Origin: an uncultured bacterium
GTDB lineage: Bacteria; Arandabacterota; Arandabacteria; Arandabacterales; Arandabacteraceae
Assembly (NCBI GenBank): GCA_964356335.1
Contig: CAYHHI010000039.1
Location: 1-32,083, forward strand
Length of the DNA stretch: 32,083 nucleotides
Reading direction: 5' to 3'
Positions within the stretch are counted from its first letter, which is position 1. Each line of letters starts with the position of its first letter. Positions 17,185-25,623 of the stretch are shown one piece after another. The position numbers and the translations under genes are program-made. The notes beneath the pieces are model-generated. The model searched no databases. It had not been told where the DNA came from and saw nothing but the letters and a program-made list of their open reading frames with translations.

Positions 17185-17712
17185 GTGAAAGGCATAAGAA
17201 TCATTAGAAGTGGAATCTCAGTCTATGAGGTCGAGGTTGATCTGGGCAGGTACTCGTGTCTCACAACCGCCGAGATAAGTGGGTTCAGAACGAAGCTGCT
17301 CCGGCTGTTTCCTTCTCTCAGGAAGCATGAATGCTATGCGAGCGAGGTCGGAGGTTTTGTGAGAGAGCTCGATCGAGGCACAGACCTGGCTCACGTCATG
17401 GAACATATCATACTCGAGCTTCTGAAGATGGCGTCGAGATCGCGCAGGCGATTCACGGGGTGGACGAGAAAAAAAAGCAAGAATCATGTCATACACTTTC
17501 AGGCTCCGGATGCCCATGCAGCGCGGGAGGCGGCACTGGGGGCCATAGAGGTGATCGAGGGGATCATAGGAGGAAACAGGGTCAACGCCCAGATGCTGAT
17601 CAAAGAGATCAGGAACTCAAAGGACGGAAGCGTTAAGGAAAAGAGCGGAAAGAACAAGACGGGAAATAGCAGGAGCGTCAAGGCTGAGAGCCCAAAACAC
17701 AGAGTGCTTTGA
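17185..17712 (+). CDS. stand-alone cyanophycin-synthetase N-terminal-domain-like protein with Lys/Ser-rich C-terminal tail
   Basis: GTG start. Segment LFPSLRKHECYASEVGGFVRELDRGTDLAHVMEHIILELLKMAS aligns by eye with the CphA N-domain (LPSLVEHFCS...RGGFLERV.EGT.MGHIVEHIALELQELAG). Lacks ATP-grasp/Mur domains. Low-complexity KEKSGKNKTGNSRSVKAESPKHR tail. Confidence 0.6.
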   Translation: MKGIRIIRSGISVYEVEVDLGRYSCLTTAEISGFRTKLLRLFPSLRKHECYASEVGGFVRELDRGTDLAHVMEHIILELLKMASRSRRRFTGWTRKKSKNHVIHFQAPDAHAAREAALGAIEVIEGIIGGNRVNAQMLIKEIRNSKDGSVKEKSGKNKTGNSRSVKAESPKHRVL

Positions 17713-17731
17713 ATCAACGGGGGGTAGCCAG

Positions 17732-18181
17732 TTGCGACTGAAAGTGAGTTTCATTGGTTTTTCGGGGTCGAGGGCGAGGAGCGTCATAGAGTCAATTGAG
17801 CAAGCCTCGTCGCTTTCGCTCGAGGCGACAGTCACCAAGGATGCACGCAGTTGTGAGGAAGGTCTTGCAGGCGGGTTTGATGCCGTATTCCTCACGGCCG
17901 AAGTGGGTTACAGGTGCTTGAGCCTCGTCGTGGGCAAGATCCGAAGGGAGAACAAGCGGATTCCGATTGTTCTCACCTATGGTGCGGAGCCGAACGGTAA
18001 GGCATTCGAGCTTGCATCGAAATACGATTGCTGGCTCTTCAGTGAGATGGACCGCCTGAAGAGGGGACTGACTCCCCAGGAGGTCGGAGAGGCGCTCAGG
18101 GCGAGGCAAGAAGATGATAAGATCAAATCACGCCTCATGGAGGTCTCACTCCGCTCAGGTCCCTGCTCCACCGGCGACTAA
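17732..18181 (+). CDS. hypothetical protein with degenerate receiver (CheY-like) fold
   Basis: TTG start 20 nt after the previous stop. beta-alpha pattern with DAVFLTAEVG and IPIVLTYG resembling receiver strands 3 and 4, but lacks the N-terminal acidic pair. Co-directional with the CphA-N-like gene. Confidence 0.5.
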   Translation: MRLKVSFIGFSGSRARSVIESIEQASSLSLEATVTKDARSCEEGLAGGFDAVFLTAEVGYRCLSLVVGKIRRENKRIPIVLTYGAEPNGKAFELASKYDCWLFSEMDRLKRGLTPQEVGEALRARQEDDKIKSRLMEVSLRSGPCSTGD

Positions 18182-20037
18182 GGCAGGCGGTGCCTGAGAA
18201 AATCGATCAGGTTGGTTTTTGTGTTGGTGGACGCCTTTCCATCGAGCAAATCCTGGACATACGCATCGAGATAGGAAGTACTTATCCTCTGAGCTTCGAG
18301 AATTCTTCTTGCCGCCTCGTACGAAGCAACGAAGAATGGGTCCCTCTCAAGACAGTCAAGATAGGCGGTGAAGGCTTGAAGCCTATTGCCTTCCTCGTCT
18401 TCGATCGCACCGATCTGGAAATAGGTCCCTGCGGCGGAAGGGTCCAGGCTGAGCGCATGCTGGGCGAGCCTTCGCGCCTCCGGTCGGTTTCCGGCGAGCC
18501 TCTCCACATAGGCCTTGTTTGCTGTGATCGCCGGCATCTCGTACCTGGAAATGCCGAGGAAATCCACGTTTGAGAGGACGCCCGCAGCGAGAACGACGCC
18601 ACAGGACAGAGCCAGTTTCGGCAAGTCCCTTGACGCAGTGTATCGGAGCAGCATCTCCACGCCATAGGCGGCGAGAGGGATAAGAAACACCACGCCCGGA
18701 AGTCTGAAGCGCTCGCAGACGAAGAAGCCAATACCGACTGCGAAGAAACTTGCGAAGCCCAACACCAGGATGAGAGCCCTGCGATTTGCTCCGAGGACGC
18801 TCACAATGCCGGCAGCGGCAAGGGGAAAAATGATACCAAAATTCAAGGCCGGCAAGAAGAGCCGCTTCCATGCCGATCTGCGCTCGGCTATATCGGCATT
18901 GTTATTGATCTGGGTTCGGGATACTGAGATGAGGGCCTTTCTGCCCAAGAGCCTGAGCCAGCGGCCGGGCTCGCTCGTCGCGAAGCGGATTGCCTGGTCC
19001 GCGAAAAAATCCGAACGCTGTTTGCCCGAAAGCCGCAGCCTGTCTGCTTCTATCCTTACGCGGTTCGCTTCCCCGAACCTGAAGGGATCCATGCCATCGC
19101 TCGCCCGGTTGTTCCCGACGAAGAGATTTACCCCGAAGCTTGATGTGACCGGGATCGCGTCACCCGATATGAGATAATTGTGAGCGAGGCTTGCAAGAAT
19201 GGGCACAAGGAAGCCCGCAATCAGGGCCATAGCCCCTATGAATCTCCGGCCCTTTTCGAAGAGAAGATTGAGCACGAGCAAGCCCGCCATCACGGTTGCA
19301 CCGCTCCACATCAGAGCGCTCACGGCGAACATGGTGCCGCTCGCGGCCAGGTTCTGCATGCGGTGCCGCCGAAGCCAGCTTCGAGCACCCAAGAAGATGG
19401 CAGCCTCGCCCGCCGCAAGTACCGTGAAGAACGCGATGCCTGCCCAGTACAGGTTGGCAGCATACGGCAAGGATTTCCCCTGGAGGAGACCTGCAAGATT
19501 CCTCAAACCCGGGGTCGCATACATAAGAGCCAGAACGCCAGCAAGGCCAAGCGCAGGCACAAAAACGTGTGATGTTTCGGGTCCATCACGTTCCATGAAT
19601 AACAGGGTTCCGACCAGCATGAAAGTCATGAAGATGGTGGCAGGAACGATCTCACCGGCGAAATAGTAAAAGCTCCAGTAGAAAGTCATGCCGAAACCAG
19701 CGGCCAGAGCAGTCCAATTCGAGAAGAGCCGCCGTGAAATCCGGCCCAAGAGGAGGACGTTCAGGGAAAGAAATACGCCCTGACAGACTGCGACCATCAG
19801 CTTGCTCCAACCGGAAAGCCAATAGAAAAGCCCCACAAATGCCGGGTAGAGCGCGCTCAGGAAAAAGGGTTGACCCGCAGGAATCCCCCTGAGGAGTTGC
19901 TTTGCCTCGAGGTCGTAGACCAGGGGATTTGCGACAAGATACTTAAAGAAAGGCTGGCTTCGCGTCTGGCTGACGTAGATCAGGAAGAACCCAAAGGCAA
20001 GGAGCGGCGGTAGGCAAAAGAGCCACCTGTTTTTCAT
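18178..20037 (-). CDS. GT-C-fold membrane glycosyltransferase (GT39/ArnT/DUF2723-like) with C-terminal TPR domain
   Basis: 619 aa. About 11 TM helices in the N-terminal 480 aa. C-terminal TPR-like repeats (AQHALSLDPSAAGTYFQIGAIEDEEGNRLQAFTAYLDCLERDP). Architecture typical of PMT/DUF2723 proteins. Confidence 0.75.
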   Translation of the reverse strand: MKNRWLFCLPPLLAFGFFLIYVSQTRSQPFFKYLVANPLVYDLEAKQLLRGIPAGQPFFLSALYPAFVGLFYWLSGWSKLMVAVCQGVFLSLNVLLLGRISRRLFSNWTALAAGFGMTFYWSFYYFAGEIVPATIFMTFMLVGTLLFMERDGPETSHVFVPALGLAGVLALMYATPGLRNLAGLLQGKSLPYAANLYWAGIAFFTVLAAGEAAIFLGARSWLRRHRMQNLAASGTMFAVSALMWSGATVMAGLLVLNLLFEKGRRFIGAMALIAGFLVPILASLAHNYLISGDAIPVTSSFGVNLFVGNNRASDGMDPFRFGEANRVRIEADRLRLSGKQRSDFFADQAIRFATSEPGRWLRLLGRKALISVSRTQINNNADIAERRSAWKRLFLPALNFGIIFPLAAAGIVSVLGANRRALILVLGFASFFAVGIGFFVCERFRLPGVVFLIPLAAYGVEMLLRYTASRDLPKLALSCGVVLAAGVLSNVDFLGISRYEMPAITANKAYVERLAGNRPEARRLAQHALSLDPSAAGTYFQIGAIEDEEGNRLQAFTAYLDCLERDPFFVASYEAARRILEAQRISTSYLDAYVQDLLDGKASTNTKTNLIDFLRHRLP

Positions 20038-20189
20038 GGGGACACAATACTAAATTCCATTACTGGGACACAATACTAAATCGTACTCAGTCCGGCGCGT
20101 TGACCCGCGCGGGAGTGGTCCTGGAGCAGTGCACGAACACCGAAGGCGCGAGGATAAGTACCGCGGCCCGAATTTAGTATTGTGTCACC
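20038..20189. repeat. three copies of a 15-18-bp motif GGG(G)ACACAATACTAAAT in the GT39/glmM divergent intergenic region (two direct at 20038-20055 and 20065-20081, one inverted at 20172-20189)
   Basis: Exact 15-bp core GACACAATACTAAAT found three times. Copies 2 and 3 form inverted repeats flanking a 90-bp GC-rich core. Copy 3 overlaps the -35 region of a TTGTGT-N18-TATAAT promoter-like element (20180-20209). Confidence 0.7.
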
Positions 20190-20244
20190 GGATTTACATC
20201 ACCTATAATTGGGGAAAGTGCGGCTTTGTGCCGAGGAGTGCAGT

Positions 20245-21603
20245 GTGGGCAAGTCTCAGCTCGTCATAAGTGTCTCAGGCGTGAGGGGCCTCGTGTTTGA
20301 TCCCTTGAGCCCCGAGGTCTGCTCGCGCTTTGCCGCTGCCTTCGCAAACATGTTGGGAGGCGGCACCTACGTTGTGGGCAGGGACACGCGGCCTTCCGGA
20401 GAAATCCTGGAGATGGCGGTGATTTCAGGCATCCGAGCGGCGGGCGGGAGCGTTATCGCCGTCGGAATATCGCCGACCCCGACCATCCAGCTCGCGGTCG
20501 AACACCACCGGGCAAAGGGCGGTATAGCCGTCACCGCAAGCCACAATCCTGCCGAGTGGAATGCCATGAAGCTGATATCGGGGGCGGGCACTTTTCTTGA
20601 GAAGCAAGATGTCGAACGTATCACAGAGGTCTTCAGATCAGGCATTTCATGCTATGCGGCCTTCGATGGGGCGGGCAAGTTGAGCGATGACAAAGACGCC
20701 GGCCGCCGCCACATGGACAAGGTTCTTGGCATCAGATTCCTTGACGCGAGCGCAATAGCAGCGCGGCGCTTCAGAGTCGCGGTTGATTGCATCAATGGGG
20801 CTGCAAGTGTCGTCATACCCGAGATGCTCGAGGATAGGCTTGGGTGTGAGGTCTTCCCCATTGCCTGTGAACCGAGCGGTGTCTTCAAGCGCAGCCCCGA
20901 GCCGCTTCCGGAAAACCTGGCCGAGCTCTCGGAGGTGATTAGGGCCAAGAATGCCGACATCGGTTTTGCCTTTGATCCGGACGGGGACCGACTGGCTCTG
21001 GCTGACGAGAAAGGTAATCCCATAGGGGAGGACTACACGCTTGCGATCTGTGCAGACACAGTCCTCAAGAGAGCAAAGGGTCCAGTGGTCACCAATCTGT
21101 CGACTTCGATGGCTGTTGAAGACATCGCCCGCAGGCACGGTGTGAACCTTTACCGGACGCCTATCGGCGAGGCGAACGTGGTCGCCAAAATGAAAGCCGT
21201 GGGAAGCATCGTCGGCGGCGAAGGTAACGGCGGGGTGATCCTGCCGGAGGTGCATTACGGGAGAGATGCTCTTGTCGGCACAGCCCTGGCCCTGCAGGCC
21301 CTGCTTGAAAGCGGCACCATCTTCTCGGAAATGATGGTGAACTACCCCCAATATGTTATAGTCAAACAGAAGGTTTCGTTTGATAAGATGCCTGATTTTG
21401 ACCGGATCACTGCACTGGTTGGGGAACGGTTCCCCGGAGCCAGGTTTAATCTTGAAGACGGCGTCAGAGTGGACTCTGACAGGGGCTGGCTTCACATAAG
21501 GAAATCTGGAACTGAGCCCGTGATCCGGTTTATAGCCGAAGCTCGAGATCGTGCTCAGGCGCTCGCCTTGATCGACGAGGCCAAGAGCGTGATCGGACAC
21601 TGA
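20245..21603 (+). CDS. glmM: phosphohexomutase, phosphoglucosamine mutase-like
   Basis: GAGGAG SD 6 nt before GTG 20245. FGTSGVRG-like ISVSGVRG. Active-site GIAVTASHNP (phosphoserine loop). FDPDGDR metal-binding loop. Immediately upstream of glmS. Confidence 0.8.
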   Translation: MGKSQLVISVSGVRGLVFDPLSPEVCSRFAAAFANMLGGGTYVVGRDTRPSGEILEMAVISGIRAAGGSVIAVGISPTPTIQLAVEHHRAKGGIAVTASHNPAEWNAMKLISGAGTFLEKQDVERITEVFRSGISCYAAFDGAGKLSDDKDAGRRHMDKVLGIRFLDASAIAARRFRVAVDCINGAASVVIPEMLEDRLGCEVFPIACEPSGVFKRSPEPLPENLAELSEVIRAKNADIGFAFDPDGDRLALADEKGNPIGEDYTLAICADTVLKRAKGPVVTNLSTSMAVEDIARRHGVNLYRTPIGEANVVAKMKAVGSIVGGEGNGGVILPEVHYGRDALVGTALALQALLESGTIFSEMMVNYPQYVIVKQKVSFDKMPDFDRITALVGERFPGARFNLEDGVRVDSDRGWLHIRKSGTEPVIRFIAEARDRAQALALIDEAKSVIGH

Positions 21604-21616
21604 GGAGGATCCTGAC

Positions 21617-23449
21617 TTGTGCGGAATAATCGGCTACGTCGGTAAAAAGGATGTTGTACCCCTTCTTGTTGACGGGCTAAAACGGCTCGAGTACAGGGGC
21701 TACGATTCAGCTGGAATAGCGATCCATGCTGACGGCAAGATCAGGATTGAGAAAGTCTCAGGCAAGATAAGCGCCCTCGAGGCTCGCCTTGCCAAGGTTG
21801 ATTTTAAAGGTACGAGCGGCATCGGACACACGCGGTGGGCCACCCATGGCGAGCCCACGACTGTCAACGCTCATCCCCACTGCGACTGCCACGCCAGAGT
21901 CGCTGTCGTCCACAACGGCATAATAGAGAACTACAGCCTCCTCAGAGATCTGCTCATAAAGGAGGGGCACACCTTCACGAGCGAGACTGACACCGAAGTC
22001 CTGGCACATCTCATCGAGAGATTTCATGAGCGCGGCAAGCCACTGGAAAAGGCTGTGAAGGCTGCTCTCGGCATGGTGCAGGGAACCTACGGCCTCGCTG
22101 TGATCTGCGCTGATGAGCCGCAGAAGATAGTCGCGGCGAGGAAAGGGAGCCCGCTTGTGCTGGGGATAGGGTCTGATGAGAACTTCGTCGCATCAGATGT
22201 TGCTGCCATCATGTGCCACACGCGAGACGTGGTCTACATGGACGATGGCGAGGTGGCCGTGGTTACACCCGACGGTTTCACTACGGTAACCAGCGATGAC
22301 CAGGAAGTCATAAAGGAAGTCGAGAAGATCACATGGAGCCTCGAGATGGCTGAGAAGGGCGGGTTTGCCCATTTCATGCTCAAAGAGATCTTCGAGCAGC
22401 CCACGAGCATACGTAACGCCCTTGCCGGCAGGATCCTCCTCGATTCCGGCCGCGCGCATCTTGGCGGCTTGAATCTGACCGATGAGGAAATAAGAAACCT
22501 ATCGCGGATCATCATCACTGCCTGCGGCACCTCTTGGCACGCCGGCCTGATAGGCGAGTACATGCTCGAGGAGTATGCCAGGATTCCGGTCGAAGTGGAA
22601 TACGCCTCCGAGTTTCGCTACCGTGACCCGGTGCTCGATCCGAGTGTGCTTGTCGTGGTGATCAGCCAGTCAGGCGAGACAGCCGACACGCTTGCCGCAA
22701 TGAGAGAAGCCAAGCAACGTGGCTCAAAGGTGCTTGGGCTCTGCAACGTCGTGGGAAGCACGATCGCAAGAGAAGCCAATGGGGGAATCTATCTTCACGC
22801 GGGCCCTGAAATCGGCGTGGCTTCAACCAAGGCCTTCACCTCCCAGGTCGTAGTGCAGATGCTCCTCACGATGCGTCTGGCCGGCATCCGCTTTGGCCAG
22901 TTCGCTGCCGGTCCCAGGATAGCGAGAGCTCTCCTCGAGCTGCCAAAGCAGGTCGAAGGCATCCTCATGAAGAGCGAGCAGATCAAAGAGATCGCCGTTG
23001 AGTACTCGGGCCACAACAATTTCCTCTATCTCGGCAGGGGCTACAATTTCCCTGTGGCCCTGGAAGGAGCGCTGAAGCTCAAGGAAATAAGCTACATCCA
23101 TGCCGAAGGCTATCCTGCCGCCGAGATGAAGCACGGACCGATAGCCTTGATTGATGACAAGATGCCGGTGGTCGTGATCGCCGTAAGGGACAATGCCTAC
23201 GAGAAGATCATGGGAAACGTGGAAGAGGTCAAGGCACGAGGTGGAAGGGTGCTCGCGATAGCAAGTGAAGGCGATGAGGAGATTGCCAAGAAGGCTGATC
23301 ATGTGATTTACATACCGGCGACTCTGCCTGCGCTCACCCCAGTCCTGTCCGTTATCCCGCTTCAGGTGCTGGCATACCACATAGCGGTCATGAGAGGGTG
23401 CAATGTAGACCAGCCCAGGAACCTGGCAAAAAGCGTGACCGTAGAGTGA
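21617..23449 (+). CDS. glmS: glutamine--fructose-6-phosphate aminotransferase (isomerising)
   Basis: TTG start giving MCGIIGYVG (Cys1 Ntn nucleophile) with GAGGAGGA SD. Two SIS domains. C-terminal KSVTVE. Confidence 0.95.
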   Translation: MCGIIGYVGKKDVVPLLVDGLKRLEYRGYDSAGIAIHADGKIRIEKVSGKISALEARLAKVDFKGTSGIGHTRWATHGEPTTVNAHPHCDCHARVAVVHNGIIENYSLLRDLLIKEGHTFTSETDTEVLAHLIERFHERGKPLEKAVKAALGMVQGTYGLAVICADEPQKIVAARKGSPLVLGIGSDENFVASDVAAIMCHTRDVVYMDDGEVAVVTPDGFTTVTSDDQEVIKEVEKITWSLEMAEKGGFAHFMLKEIFEQPTSIRNALAGRILLDSGRAHLGGLNLTDEEIRNLSRIIITACGTSWHAGLIGEYMLEEYARIPVEVEYASEFRYRDPVLDPSVLVVVISQSGETADTLAAMREAKQRGSKVLGLCNVVGSTIAREANGGIYLHAGPEIGVASTKAFTSQVVVQMLLTMRLAGIRFGQFAAGPRIARALLELPKQVEGILMKSEQIKEIAVEYSGHNNFLYLGRGYNFPVALEGALKLKEISYIHAEGYPAAEMKHGPIALIDDKMPVVVIAVRDNAYEKIMGNVEEVKARGGRVLAIASEGDEEIAKKADHVIYIPATLPALTPVLSVIPLQVLAYHIAVMRGCNVDQPRNLAKSVTVE

Positions 23450-23476
23450 GTTTGCCGGGAACGGGGGATAGCAGCA

Positions 23477-23869
23477 TTGGAAAAGTGGAAGATAGAATCG
23501 GCTGATGCTCCACAGGCCCTCGGCCCATATAGCCAGGGAATAGCTTCTCGTATAGGCACCTACATTTTCGTTTCGGGACAGATCGGCATTGACCCTGCGA
23601 CTGGCTCACTGGTCGGAGACATGATTGCGGCACAGACCGAGCGGGCCCTTAAGAACGTGCTCTCAATAGTCGAGACGGCCGGCGGAAGCAAGAACTCCAT
23701 AGTCAAGACAACGGTATATCTCAGACGGCTTGAGGATTTCGCGGCCATGAATGAAGTCTATTCGAAGATCTTGAGTGCGCCCTATCCTGCGCGGGCATGC
23801 GTAGGGGTGGCCGATCTTCCCAAGGGAGCTCTGGTTGAAATAGAGGCAATCGCGGTTCTTGAGGGGTGA
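23477..23869 (+). CDS. ridA: RidA/YjgF-family reactive-intermediate deaminase
   Basis: 130 aa. APQALGPYSQG..., VFVSGQIGIDP, ...ARACVGVADLPKGALVEIEAIA - canonical RidA motifs. Confidence 0.9.
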   Translation: MEKWKIESADAPQALGPYSQGIASRIGTYIFVSGQIGIDPATGSLVGDMIAAQTERALKNVLSIVETAGGSKNSIVKTTVYLRRLEDFAAMNEVYSKILSAPYPARACVGVADLPKGALVEIEAIAVLEG

Positions 23870-23901
23870 CGGTGGGCACGGCAAGATCAGACGGGAAGGG
23901 T

Positions 23902-24948
23902 ATGACAAAGAAGGGTATCCGGCTGACCCAGATGGTCAAGTGTGCGGGTTGAGCATCCAAGATAGGTCCGGGTGACCTGCACAAGATCCTGAGCGGACTC
24001 AAACTCGAGAGGAGCCCTAATCTCATCGTGGGCAGTAACACCCTCGATGACGCGGCCGTATATCGTCTCGCACCCCATCTTGCGCTGGTGTCCACGGTTG
24101 ATTTTTTCACCCCGGTCGTGGATAGCCCCATTGCCTTCGGCAGGATAGCCGCGACCAATGCCATGAGTGACATATATGCGATGGGTGGAAGACCCATTCT
24201 TGCCTTGAACATACTCTGCTTTTCGGAAGAACAAGTTCCCAACGAGATCGTGCGCCGGATCTTGAAGGGCGGCGAGGAGAAGGTGAGGGAGGCAGGAGCT
24301 TTCCTGGGCGGCGGCCATTCGATCCAGGACAAGGAACTGAAGTATGGCTTATGTGTTACAGGCATTGTGAGGCCCGATCGGGTCGTGCGGAACTCAGGGG
24401 CGAGAGTAGGCGACACGCTGATTCTAACCAAACCGCTTGGCATCGGGCTCATGACGACGGGCATGAAGCATGGACTGCTCAAGGCTTCGGCGATTCGCAA
24501 GGTGACCCGCGTGATGGAAGACTTGAACTGGCGTGCATCCCAGGCCATGATGAAGGTAAGAGCAAATGCCTGTACGGACATAACGGGCTTTGGTCTCCTC
24601 GGGCACGCGCTTGAGGTTGCCGAGGCAAGCAGAGTTGCGCTTGAGATTGACTTTGCCAGAGTTCCCGTCATGAGCGAAGCCTACGATATGCTCGAGGCGG
24701 AAGCCATACCAGGCGGGCTCTGGGCCAATAAGGATTTCGTGCGCTCCAGCGTCACCTCAAAGCAGGTGGCGGATCGCGAGCTCAACATCCTGTGTGATCC
24801 CCAGACCTCGGGAGGGCTGCTCATCTCTGTTGATAGCACCAAGGCAGACAGGCTCATGACCCTCCTCGTGCGAGCCGGAGTCCGCGCGGCGAGGCCCGTC
24901 GGAAAAGTGCTTGCAAAAGGTGAGGGGCATATTATAGTTAAGAAGTGA
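23902..24948 (+). CDS. selD: selenide, water dikinase (selenophosphate synthetase), selenocysteine-containing: in-frame TGA at 23950-23952
   Basis: ATG 23902 is in frame with the track ORF 24028..24948. The upstream translation MTKKGIRLTQMVKCAGU*ASKIGPGDL matches the SelD N-terminus (E. coli IRLTQYSHGAGCGCKI), with TGA at the Cys/Sec position. Downstream AIR-synthase-like fold (DDAAVY, ATNAMSDIYAMGG). Confidence 0.85.
23958..23991 (+). promoter_or_regulatory. candidate bacterial SECIS stem-loop 6 nt downstream of the selD UGA
   Basis: Outer stem CAAGAT/ATCCTG (5 of 6 pairs). Inner stem AGGTC/GACCT with apical loop CGGGU about 17-21 nt after the UGA. Confidence 0.4.
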
Positions 24949-24962
24949 CAATGCGAGAGCGG

Positions 24963-25059
24963 GGGAATGGATGGGTTCTGGTGGACCTCAAGGACTTCAA
25001 ATCCTCTGTCGGGTGCTCATAACATCCGAGGTGGGTTCGATTCCCACACGTTCCCGCCA
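24963..25059 (+). tRNA. selC: tRNA-Sec (anticodon TCA), about 97 nt, GCCA 3' end
   Basis: Hand fold: acceptor GGGAATG(G)/(A)CGTTCCC (7 bp + terminal mismatch). 6-bp D stem GGGTTC/GGACCT with 4-nt loop TGGT. Anticodon loop CTTCAAA identical to E. coli selC. Long variable arm (CGGGTG/CATCCG stem). T arm GTGGG-TTCGATT-CCCAC. Discriminator G + CCA. Sits 15 nt after selD. Confidence 0.65.
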
Positions 25060-25074
25060 TAACGGGGGTACAAG

Positions 25075-25584
25075 TTGAAGCCTGGCTTGGTCTTTCTCTT
25101 GAGTGGGATAGCGATTCTCTTTCTTGCCTCCTCGCTGATGGCGGACGATCGAAGTCACGAGATCGACAAGTCCGATTTCCCCGACACCTCCTCAGTCACA
25201 CCCGGCTCCTTCGTGGGCATCCGTCCGGGCTTCAGCCTCGAAGAAGTGCCGAAGCTCAAGCATTCTCCGATGAAGAGCGTCCTCTTCTCTGCCGTTGTCC
25301 CTGGCTTGGGGCAGGCAGATAACGGCAGATGGGCAAAGGCCTCTGCCTTCGTCGTCGTAGGTTCGCTTCTTCTTTCGAAGATTGCTGTCGAATCAGACAG
25401 GGCGGATAGGTATCTCCACCTTGCGAGGAATGGCCCCATCGAGGAGTTCGATGCGAACTACCACGACTACTCCAGCCATTTCGACAGAAGAGACAGATAC
25501 GTCTGGTGGGCTGTCGCTTTCTGGATCTACAACATGTTCGACGCTTACATAGACGGTCATCTCTTCGGCTTCTCACAGCAGTAG
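25075..25584 (+). CDS. secreted/membrane protein, DUF5683-like
   Basis: TTG start with GGGGGT SD. Signal peptide. Motif SAVVPGLGQADNGRWAKASAFVVVGSLLL resembles the SAxxPGxGQ-xxxW(K) core of a family I recall as DUF5683 and as concentrated in Bacteroidota/FCB-group lineages (family name and taxonomic association from memory). Confidence 0.6.
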   Translation: MKPGLVFLLSGIAILFLASSLMADDRSHEIDKSDFPDTSSVTPGSFVGIRPGFSLEEVPKLKHSPMKSVLFSAVVPGLGQADNGRWAKASAFVVVGSLLLSKIAVESDRADRYLHLARNGPIEEFDANYHDYSSHFDRRDRYVWWAVAFWIYNMFDAYIDGHLFGFSQQ

Positions 25585-25623
25585 GCAATCCTTTCTCACG
25601 ACAACTACCAAGGGAGGCTTCAA

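Noticed and set aside
20193-20209. TTTACA ... TATAAT as glmM promoter
   Set aside because: The hexamers are only 5 nt apart, so this is not a functional -35/-10 pair. The -10 is retained with TTGTGT at 20180-20185 as the weak -35.
20647-21600. 317-aa ORF on - strand
   Set aside because: Antisense to glmM, whose sense frame carries unambiguous phosphohexomutase motifs. Shadow ORF.
23721-24671. 316-aa ORF on - strand
   Set aside because: Antisense to ridA and selD. Pro/Ser/Arg-rich low-complexity translation. Shadow ORF in a GC-rich region.
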